From Candidatus Nanoarchaeia archaeon (GTDB lineage Archaea > Nanobdellota > Nanobdellia > Pacearchaeales > GW2011-AR1), in contig JBAQGX010000001.1 of NCBI GenBank assembly GCA_049288015.1, forward strand, positions 18,717 to 82,716: a stretch of 64,000 nucleotides of DNA, written 5' to 3'. Of the stretch, positions 1 to 7,091 are shown one piece after another (position 1 is the first letter of the stretch; each line of letters starts with the position of its first letter). The notes under the pieces are model-generated. The model made no database searches, was not told the DNA's origin, and saw only the letters and a program-made list of their open reading frames with translations. A program made the position numbers and the translations under genes.

Positions 1-69
1 ATGATTTCTTTCAGCCGTTGGAATAGCATCAGATGTACCTAAGAAAGTCAATTCCATCTTTTCTGGCAT
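1..69 (-). CDS. N-terminal fragment (23 aa, MPEKMELTFLGTSDAIPTAERNH) of an MBL-fold metallohydrolase, RNase Z-like; continues beyond window start
   Basis: Reverse-strand ATG at 69 running off the window; the M-x-[IL]-TFLGT...P..R N-terminus is typical of RNase Z/MBL-fold enzymes. Only 23 aa visible. Confidence 0.35.
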   Translation of the reverse strand, partial: MPEKMELTFLGTSDAIPTAERNH

Positions 70-99
70 TAATAAATCAAGAAAAAAGAGTTTTTATGC

Positions 100-351
100 T
101 TAATCTTTTTTAATAGATGCTGAAGAAGGAGAGATGAATATTATTGTATCCCCTCTTAAGAATCCTACTCCAAGATTTCTTTTTACTGTTCCGTTCTCTA
201 TTTCTTTTATGTTGTCTAAAACAAGATTTATGTGTATATCAAAAGCAAGCAATGTCCCTACTATCTGCTTTTCACCTTTAAGCTGAACAAGAACTTCTTT
301 TCCTTTTGAGCTATTTAACAAATCCAGTGGTCTTTCAATTCCGTTAACCAT
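100..351 (-). CDS. Sm-like (LSm/SmAP) archaeal protein
   Basis: 83 aa; Sm1/Sm2-like core (GTLLAFDIHINLVLDN...; RGDTIIFI) typical of archaeal Sm proteins. Confidence 0.8.
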   Translation of the reverse strand: MVNGIERPLDLLNSSKGKEVLVQLKGEKQIVGTLLAFDIHINLVLDNIKEIENGTVKRNLGVGFLRGDTIIFISPSSASIKKD

Positions 352-486
352 TACTCTAGTCTAGTTGAATAATTTATAAACATTTCGCTTATTTAGTTGA
401 TGTTTTAGTATTAATTTGATAAGTCATTAATTTTGATGAATTCTTTTTACAGAAAATTATTTAAATGAAGTTTTGACCATCATTAT

Positions 487-846
487 ATGAAAACGGGAAG
501 AAAGAAGACTGGAGGAAAATATCAGGCTTCTAGAAAGAAGAAGATGTATGAAAAACCAGGACAAAGAAGAATTACAAAGCTTGGCGACGACAAAAGGAAA
601 TCAAAAAAAGTTATGGGTGGAAAAAGAAAAGTATTTTTGCTCAAATCTAAGCTAGTAAATATTCAAGAAAATGGAAAGACTGTAAAAGTTGAAATAAAAA
701 ATGTTTTGGAGACACCCTCAAACAGATTCTTTGCAAGGCAGAATATTCTTACAAAAGGTACAATTATTGAAACAAGTAAAGGAAAAGTAAGAATAACCAA
801 TAGACCAACACAAGAAGGAATGGTTAATGGAATATTAGTTAAATAA
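487..846 (+). CDS. rps8e: 30S ribosomal protein S8e
   Basis: 119 aa, very basic; RKKTGGK N-terminal motif; C-terminal NILTKG.IIET..G.VRITNRP.QEG.VNGILV matches the S8e family. Confidence 0.75.
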   Translation: MKTGRKKTGGKYQASRKKKMYEKPGQRRITKLGDDKRKSKKVMGGKRKVFLLKSKLVNIQENGKTVKVEIKNVLETPSNRFFARQNILTKGTIIETSKGKVRITNRPTQEGMVNGILVK

Positions 847-897
847 ATTTCACTACTTTTTCTCGACTACAAATATAGAAACCTTTATATATGCAAA

Positions 898-910
898 AAC
901 TTTATAAACC
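898..910 (+). promoter_or_regulatory. Candidate archaeal BRE/TATA promoter (AACTTTATAAACC) for tfb
   Basis: TTTATAAA box about 33-40 nt upstream of the tfb ATG (941), consistent with a TATA box near -26 and a short or absent leader; identical 13-mer recurs upstream of L41e. Confidence 0.4.
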
Positions 911-940
911 GTACGTAAAAATGTCTTTTCTGTATAAAAA

Positions 941-1870
941 ATGGCTTTTGTAAAAAAATGTCCCGAATGTGGAAGTGTTAACTTAACGCATGACCCTCAA
1001 TTAGGGGAGGTTATCTGTAACGATTGTGGTTTAGTTATCGAAGAAGAGATGGTGGATTCTGGAGCAGATGCTGCAGGCAAATTTGACAAAGGAGAGAAAA
1101 AAGGTAGAGGGGGAGCTCCAATGAGTATGCAGAAGTTTGATAAGGGTTTAATAACTAACGTCGGAGAGATATCAGATATTTACAGATTGGATCCTGGGGC
1201 TACGAGAAAATTCCTTAGATTAAAGAAATGGCAAGAAAGAGTCTCAACTTCTATTGAAAGAAATTTAAGATTGGCAATGGCAGAATTAAGAGTTATTGCT
1301 TCTTACTTGAATTTGCCAAATGTTGTCAGGGATGAAGCTGCAAGAATTTATAATTATGTTCTTCAGAGAGGACTTGTAAGAGGAAGGAGCATGGAATCGG
1401 TCATTGCAGCATGCTTATATACGGCATGTAGATCTTATAATATTCCTAGAACTCTAGATGAAATGGCAATTGCCTCTGATGTAGAAAGAAAGGAAATTGG
1501 TAGAACTTACAGATTTATAATAAGAAAATTAGGAATTAAGATAAAACAGAGTTCTCCAAAAGATTATATTTCTAGATTTGCATCTGTTCTTAAACTGTCT
1601 CCGAAAACGCAGAATGATGCTCTTAAAATTCTTAAAAGGGCAGAAGAAGTGGAATTGACTTCAGGTAGAGGACCCGCAGGAATTTCTGCTGCTGCATTAT
1701 ACGTTGCAGCTTTGATGAATGACGAAAAGAAAACTCAAAGAGAAGTTGCTGATATTGCAGGAATAACTGAAGTTACTATAAGAAACAGATATAAAGAACT
1801 TATAGAAAGGCTAGAACTGGAAGATAAAATAAAGCAGAAAGAAGTTGAACCAAAACCTCAAGTTAAGTAA
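941..1870 (+). CDS. tfb: Transcription initiation factor IIB (TFB)
   Basis: 309 aa; N-terminal Zn ribbon CPECGS...CNDCG, B-reader/linker, two cyclin-fold repeats; length typical of archaeal TFB. Confidence 0.9.
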   Translation: MAFVKKCPECGSVNLTHDPQLGEVICNDCGLVIEEEMVDSGADAAGKFDKGEKKGRGGAPMSMQKFDKGLITNVGEISDIYRLDPGATRKFLRLKKWQERVSTSIERNLRLAMAELRVIASYLNLPNVVRDEAARIYNYVLQRGLVRGRSMESVIAACLYTACRSYNIPRTLDEMAIASDVERKEIGRTYRFIIRKLGIKIKQSSPKDYISRFASVLKLSPKTQNDALKILKRAEEVELTSGRGPAGISAAALYVAALMNDEKKTQREVADIAGITEVTIRNRYKELIERLELEDKIKQKEVEPKPQVK

Positions 1871-1925
1871 TTTTATTTGATATTTTCATTATCTTTTTAT
1901 AATTCTTGATCATACTGATTTGTAG

Positions 1926-2009
1926 GCAGAGGTAGCGAAGTGGTCAAACGCGCAAGCTTCAGAGGCTTGTTCCTTAGTGGATTCCCAGGTTCAAATCCTG
2001 GCCCCTGCA
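1926..2009 (+). tRNA. tRNA-Leu (anticodon CAG)
   Basis: Hand-folded cloverleaf: acceptor GCAGAGG/CCCCTGC (one mismatch), anticodon stem CAAGC/GCTTG, loop TTCAGAG, long variable arm, T-loop TTCAAAT; no encoded CCA. Confidence 0.8.
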
Positions 2010-2052
2010 TATTTACAAAATTATAAAAACTATCGATAAATCGTTGGATTAC

Positions 2053-2136
2053 GCGGGAATGCCGGAGTGGTCAAACGGGCTGGATTTAGGCTCCAGTAGC
2101 TTAGTGCTTGCATAGGTTCAAATCCTATTTCCCGCA
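2053..2136 (+). tRNA. tRNA-Leu (anticodon UAG)
   Basis: Acceptor GCGGGAA/TTCCCGC, anticodon stem CTGGA/TCCAG, loop TTTAGGC, long variable arm, T-loop TTCAAAT. Confidence 0.8.
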
Positions 2137-2172
2137 TAATCAAGAAACAATTAAAAATATATTTTTCTTTAG

Positions 2173-3387
2173 TTGTCGATGCATATAAGAAGAACACATC
2201 CTGCTAGAATAATTACTCGATTGGGTGTCTTTTATTTATTCCTTTCAATAGGTGTTTCGTTGGTTGCGACTATTTGGGCTGTATACTTAAATTCTTTTTT
2301 ACATAATTCTTCTCTTGTAGGGCTTTTGACCAGTTTTTTTATGGTTATAGAAGTGTTAGCATATATTTTTCTAATTCCAGTTATCGAACGTGGCAATAAG
2401 GTAAAAATGCTTATAGCATCTTTAGTTTTTTTTGTGGTTTCTTATTTACTTCTTTCAATATATTCAAATATCTATCTTGTTATAGCCTTGGGGGCAATTA
2501 TTTCTATACTAACAAGTTGGAGAATAACTATATTTGGGTTAATTGTAAGGGATAAGACTTCTGATGATAATGTTTCAAAAAATGAGGGAATTATTTATTC
2601 TTTGCTTAATTCTGCTTGGCTTATAGGACCTTTAATTGCTGGATATTTTGCAAAGAATTATGGCTTTGGGAGTGTTTTCTTTTTATCATCTTTATTTATT
2701 TTGATTTCAATTTTTGCTTTCTTTCTTTTTAGAATAAAAGACAATAGGAGAACAAAAACGATAGATCATGATATGGTTGAAGTTGTTCTTGAGTTTTTTA
2801 GACATAAGGGAAGGGCTATGACTTATTTCCTTAGTATCGCTGTAAGCTTTTGGTGGGCATTTATCTATATTTACATGCCAATCTATATTATTGACAAGGG
2901 ATACGGGGGAATATTATTGGGTGTTTTCCTGGCGGGAATTACTCTTCCTTTAATTTTCTTTGATTACATATTTGGGAAACTTGCTGGAAAAAAAGGCTTT
3001 AAGAAATTGTTTTTTATTGGGTTCATAACTTTAGGATTACTTTCTATACTTTGTTTTTTTATTTCTAACATATATGTAATTTTGGGAGTTCTTACATTGG
3101 CAAGTGTTAGTGTTTCTATGATAGAACCAACTACAGATGCTTATTTCTTAGATATAGTTGAAGAAGAAGAGAGGGATAAATATTTTGGAATTTATACGAC
3201 TTCAGCGGGAATAGGAAATCTTTTTGGTGCTCTTTATGCTGCAGTGATACTTCTTGTCTTACCATTTAAATCTCTTTTTGTATTTTACGGAGCTCCTATG
3301 ATTATTATCGCTTTTTTGTCTTTGGGAATAGAAGAGTCTTATGAATTTCTCAAGAAGAAGAAAAAAATGAGGCATACAAAATTTTAA
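2173..3387 (+). CDS. Major facilitator superfamily (MFS) transporter
   Basis: 404 aa, about 12 predicted hydrophobic helices in 6+6 arrangement with a central cytoplasmic loop (RIKDNRRTK); typical MFS composition. Confidence 0.65.
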   Translation: MSMHIRRTHPARIITRLGVFYLFLSIGVSLVATIWAVYLNSFLHNSSLVGLLTSFFMVIEVLAYIFLIPVIERGNKVKMLIASLVFFVVSYLLLSIYSNIYLVIALGAIISILTSWRITIFGLIVRDKTSDDNVSKNEGIIYSLLNSAWLIGPLIAGYFAKNYGFGSVFFLSSLFILISIFAFFLFRIKDNRRTKTIDHDMVEVVLEFFRHKGRAMTYFLSIAVSFWWAFIYIYMPIYIIDKGYGGILLGVFLAGITLPLIFFDYIFGKLAGKKGFKKLFFIGFITLGLLSILCFFISNIYVILGVLTLASVSVSMIEPTTDAYFLDIVEEEERDKYFGIYTTSAGIGNLFGALYAAVILLVLPFKSLFVFYGAPMIIIAFLSLGIEESYEFLKKKKKMRHTKF

Positions 3388-3413
3388 AACACGATAAAGT
3401 CTAGTTTTTTGAT

Positions 3414-3486
3414 GCGGAGATGGCACAGCGGCAACTGCGGTCGCCTGCAAAGCGACTTTCCCCGGGTTCGAGTCCCGGTCTCCGCT
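3414..3486 (+). tRNA. tRNA-Cys (anticodon GCA)
   Basis: Acceptor GCGGAGA/TCTCCGC, anticodon stem GTCGC/GCGAC, loop CTGCAAA, T-arm CCCGG-TTCGAGT-CCGGG; short 3-bp D-stem. Confidence 0.8.
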
Positions 3487-3533
3487 TTTCATTTCCTAAA
3501 GTATTTATAAATAGTAGTGCCTAAGATTTATAC

Positions 3534-5219
3534 ATGTCATTCATAGTTAAGAAAAAGATACATGGTAATGATTATTTTTATCTTAACGAAAATAAAAGGA
3601 TTGATGGTAAAGTGAAAACTAAGACTTTAGCTTACTTGGGAAAAGATAAGAAAGAGGCGGAGAGACTTGCAAAGGAATATCCTGATAAAAATAAAGCAAA
3701 AAAAGAAATCATGGAAATTAAGAAAGATAAAATTGATGAACCAAAAAACAAGATTTCAATGGAAGAGCTTGCTGCGTTTTGTAAAAGAAAAGGGTTTGTT
3801 TATCCTTCAGGAGAAATTTATGGAGGTTTGGCTGGATTTTGGGATTTTGGGCCACTTGGAGTGGAACTATTAAATAACATAAAAAGAGAGTGGTGGAATT
3901 ATTTTGTAAGAGAAAAGGAAAATATAGCAGGGATAGAAGCGAGCATAATCAGTCCACCAAAAACTTGGAAGGCTTCAGGGCATATTACTAATTTTAATGA
4001 TATTTCTGTAAAGTGCTTAAAATGCAAGAAATATAACAAAATTGACAGGGCAGATTTAGATAAAGCTGTTTGTGGTTTTTGTGGAGGTAATCTAGATAAA
4101 TCAAGTGCGAAGGATTTGAATTTAATGTTTAAGACAAATGTTGGTCCGGTGGAAGAAGATTCTATTCAAGTTTATTTGAGGCCTGAAACTGCACAGGGGA
4201 TGTTTCTTGACTTTAAACTAGTTCAGCAAACATCAAGGATGCAGTTGCCTTTTGGTATAGCTCAGATTGGAAGATGTTTCAGGAATGAAATTGCTCCTAG
4301 AGATTTTTTATTTAGAAGTAGGGAGTTTCATATAGGGGAGTTTGAATTTTTTATAAATCCTGATGAAGTGAGATGTGAATTTTTGGAAGAAAAACATCTA
4401 AAATTAAAATTTAGATTTTTAAGTTCGGAATCGCAAACTAGTGGAAAAAATGAACTGGAAGATAAAACAATTGAAGACATTTTGAGGGAAAAGAGATTGG
4501 AAGAATGGCATGCTTATTGGCTTGCAGAGCAGATTATCTGGTTTAGATCTATAGGATTGGAGGAAATAAAAATTAGGGAACATATGAAGGATGAGCTAAG
4601 TCATTATTCATCCGCAACTTTTGATATAGACTATGAGTATCCTTTTGGAAGTAAGGAAGTTGCAGGAATTGCTAATAGAGGACAGTTTGATCTAAAAAAT
4701 CATGAAAAAGAAAGTAATCAAAGCATGACTCTTTATGATGAAAAATATAAAACTAAAGTAGTTCCAAAAGTAATTGAACCTACATTTGGTATTGAGAGAA
4801 TATTTTTAGGAATTTTAGCAAAGGCATATCATTATAATAAAGAGAAAGATTATACAATTTTAAAAATTCCTTTTAAGCTAGCTCCTATAACTGCAGCAGT
4901 TTTTCCAATTGTAAAACAGCCAGAATATGAAAAAGTTTCAGAAAGAGTTTATCATGAACTTAAAAAAGAATTCAATGTTTTTTATGATAATTCAGGGAGC
5001 ATAGGTAGGAGATATGCAAGAAATGATGAAATTGGGACCCCTTTTTGCATAACTATTGATGAAGACAGTCTGAAAAATAAAGATGTTACTGTGAGGATGA
5101 GAGATAATGGGGAACAATTTAGAGTGAAAGAAAGTATTTTAATTGAATGCATAAAAAGAGTAATTGAAGGAGATAATATTTCTAAATTTGGGAAAAAAGT
5201 TGATACGAGGAAGAAGTAA
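3534..5219 (+). CDS. glyS: Glycyl-tRNA synthetase (archaeal/eukaryotic alpha2 type) with a 75-aa lysine-rich N-terminal extension
   Basis: 561 aa; YPSGEIYGGLAGFWDFGPLG motif 1 region and class II motifs 2/3 with archaeal GlyRS architecture; residues 1-75 are K-rich, stop-free and precede the canonical start-like MEELAAF. Confidence 0.9.
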   Translation: MSFIVKKKIHGNDYFYLNENKRIDGKVKTKTLAYLGKDKKEAERLAKEYPDKNKAKKEIMEIKKDKIDEPKNKISMEELAAFCKRKGFVYPSGEIYGGLAGFWDFGPLGVELLNNIKREWWNYFVREKENIAGIEASIISPPKTWKASGHITNFNDISVKCLKCKKYNKIDRADLDKAVCGFCGGNLDKSSAKDLNLMFKTNVGPVEEDSIQVYLRPETAQGMFLDFKLVQQTSRMQLPFGIAQIGRCFRNEIAPRDFLFRSREFHIGEFEFFINPDEVRCEFLEEKHLKLKFRFLSSESQTSGKNELEDKTIEDILREKRLEEWHAYWLAEQIIWFRSIGLEEIKIREHMKDELSHYSSATFDIDYEYPFGSKEVAGIANRGQFDLKNHEKESNQSMTLYDEKYKTKVVPKVIEPTFGIERIFLGILAKAYHYNKEKDYTILKIPFKLAPITAAVFPIVKQPEYEKVSERVYHELKKEFNVFYDNSGSIGRRYARNDEIGTPFCITIDEDSLKNKDVTVRMRDNGEQFRVKESILIECIKRVIEGDNISKFGKKVDTRKK

Positions 5220-5229
5220 TTGTTATAAA

Positions 5230-5324
5230 TGGCTGCACTGGGAGTCGAACCCAGGACCTCCGGCTGTCCCAAAATAAAAGTCTATTTCATGAGACCAGCG
5301 CTCTACCAACTGAGCTATGCAGCC
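5230..5324 (-). tRNA. Intron-containing tRNA, anticodon CAU (elongator Met or Ile2), about 22-nt intron at canonical 37/38 position
   Basis: Reverse complement folds as GGCTGCA-TA-GCTC...GAGC-G-CTGGT-CTCATG[AAATAGACTTTTATTTTGGGAC]A-GCCGG, variable GAGGTC, T-arm CTGGG-TTCGACT-CCCAG, acceptor TGCAGCC+A. Anticodon stem has two G-U pairs. Confidence 0.65.
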
Positions 5325-5363
5325 TTGAAGAATAGAGAAGAAAAAGTTATTTAAAAATTTGTT

Positions 5364-5555
5364 TTATTGCTCTGGCTTTATTTCTTTTCTTTTCATCCTT
5401 GCGAGAAATCCTGCAATTTGATTTCTAATTTTTTTACTGGGCATAGTGCTTCCTAATATTTTCTTATTAACGTTGAAATTATCACTAAATGAAATGTCTT
5501 TCTTGTTCAAATTTATTGCTGTTCTTTTCACCAATCTGGTTTTAATTTTTCCCAT
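5364..5555 (-). CDS. rps17e: 30S ribosomal protein S17e
   Basis: 63 aa; MGKIKTRLVKRTA... N-terminus matches S17e (MG[RK][VI][RK]...IKR[TA]A). Confidence 0.8.
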   Translation of the reverse strand: MGKIKTRLVKRTAINLNKKDISFSDNFNVNKKILGSTMPSKKIRNQIAGFLARMKRKEIKPEQ

Positions 5556-5589
5556 AATTATTTTCTATATCTCTTATTTTTAAGACTTT

Positions 5590-6486
5590 CTATTCAACTT
5601 TTTCTATACTTTTAAGGTCTTTTATAGCATCAATTAAATTGTCTAATTTTTTTAGAGGTTCGCCCAAAATTAGTATTTTATATGGTAGTTTCAGTTCTTG
5701 AGATTTTTTGTAAGCGTTGATTATATCTGATTCTGCTATTTTTTTCTTATTGTACGCAATGATAAGATATTCTTCTTTTTCTTTGACTTTGAATATTATT
5801 TTATTTATTCCTATTTCTTCAATACCAATTATTTCTATATGCTTTTGTGATAAAGACTCTTTAATCTTGTTGAAAAATTTGTTTCGATTGTCTTTACTTT
5901 TTTTTGCTTGTAGTTTTGGTTTTTTAGCAGATTTTTTAATTTCATTTTTTTGATGCCTCTTGTCTATTACTTCCTTCGGGATTTCTATTATTACTTCTTC
6001 AACCAACTCTTTTGGTTCAGGGCTCAAATTTTCAACTAAGATGGTTTGCTTTGGTTCTTCTTCAACTGGTGAATAATCTGATTCTGCAATAGTGAAATAT
6101 CTCCATAATATTTCATTTTCTATTTTGAATGGTATGGCAAAATCTTTTATGGTTCTTAGAGCAACTCTTATTGCTGGTTCTAATCTTCTGTCAACAAGAA
6201 ATTTATTATCTTTTAAAAGGAGATAAGCTTCTTTTTCTTTATTCTTCAAGTATTGAGAAAAATTCTCTAGCATAGGCTCTTGTCCTGGGATAAGATATAA
6301 CGGAGAACTTCCAACATGCATATTTGAGATTTTTAATCTTTTATCCGCAATTAATTCAGAAAGAAATGCAGAGGCAAATAAGATACTTAATCCGGTCTCA
6401 TGCGCAATGAAAACAGGGAGATTTGGCCCAGTTGATCTTATCATAGACAATATTTTTTCTTTTATTGCTACTGCATCTTGGCCCAT
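5590..6486 (-). CDS. Hypothetical protein, possible N-terminal winged-helix domain
   Basis: 298 aa; N-terminal 60 aa resemble wH DNA-binding folds (TrmB/ScpB/TFE-like pattern) but no diagnostic motif; C-terminal half K/E-rich. Confidence 0.45.
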   Translation of the reverse strand: MGQDAVAIKEKILSMIRSTGPNLPVFIAHETGLSILFASAFLSELIADKRLKISNMHVGSSPLYLIPGQEPMLENFSQYLKNKEKEAYLLLKDNKFLVDRRLEPAIRVALRTIKDFAIPFKIENEILWRYFTIAESDYSPVEEEPKQTILVENLSPEPKELVEEVIIEIPKEVIDKRHQKNEIKKSAKKPKLQAKKSKDNRNKFFNKIKESLSQKHIEIIGIEEIGINKIIFKVKEKEEYLIIAYNKKKIAESDIINAYKKSQELKLPYKILILGEPLKKLDNLIDAIKDLKSIEKVE

Positions 6487-6520
6487 TTATTGGGCAGGTA
6501 TAAGAAAGTTATAAACATTA

Positions 6521-7060
6521 TTATGGTTTGATCCATTTTACTTCATAGTAAGTTATATCTCTTTCTTCATCAACAATTGCAAGAAGAAGATTTTTCTTTG
6601 TTGAATGTGCAACTCTGTTTTTTGATGAAAATTCTTGCCAGGTGAATGTTTTTGATTCATAGTCTATAAATACAATCCATTTGGAATGTTTTTCTCCTAC
6701 TTTTGTGCCTTTTTCATAAACTCTAAATTCTGCACCAAATTTTAGGGCAGTTTTTACTACATATCCTTTTTCTCTCAAATCTTTGAATACAGGGTATTTT
6801 AACTGAATTTTTTTATCTATTTTTTTGAATTTTTTTATCAATTCTTCCGGAGATATTTTCTTGTTCTTTGAAATTATTTCCATTTTATTTTTTTCAACTA
6901 GAAATAAAGCTTCTGAAGGGGAATAGATTATCTTACCTTCTTTTTTCTCTCCAAAATCACTTTTTTCATACAATGAAAAGGCATCCGAAGAATTGCTTGA
7001 AACTATTTCTCCAAGAATGTGAGACTTTATTTTCTCCATTTGTAGATAATATAACAGCAA
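6521..7060 (-). CDS. endA: tRNA-splicing endonuclease subunit (EndA), about 180-aa homotetramer-type
   Basis: 179 aa; C-terminal catalytic domain GYVVKTALKFGAEFRVY...HSKWIV (catalytic Tyr/His/Lys triad context); true start may be the internal MEKIK. Confidence 0.8.
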   Translation of the reverse strand: MLLYYLQMEKIKSHILGEIVSSNSSDAFSLYEKSDFGEKKEGKIIYSPSEALFLVEKNKMEIISKNKKISPEELIKKFKKIDKKIQLKYPVFKDLREKGYVVKTALKFGAEFRVYEKGTKVGEKHSKWIVFIDYESKTFTWQEFSSKNRVAHSTKKNLLLAIVDEERDITYYEVKWIKP

Positions 7061-7091
7061 TATTTAAAAGTTGTTGAGGGTATTTTAATTA

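Noticed and set aside
3259-3492. 77-aa minus-strand ORF from the track
   Set aside because: Overlaps the 3' end of the MFS gene and the whole tRNA-Cys gene on the opposite strand; composition atypical; judged a spurious shadow ORF.
3667-3873. 68-aa plus-strand ORF inside glyS
   Set aside because: Alternative frame wholly within the well-supported GlyRS CDS; K-rich product reflects the AAA/AAG-rich region.
4982-5272. 96-aa minus-strand ORF
   Set aside because: Antisense to the glyS 3' end and overlapping the intron-containing tRNA; no support.
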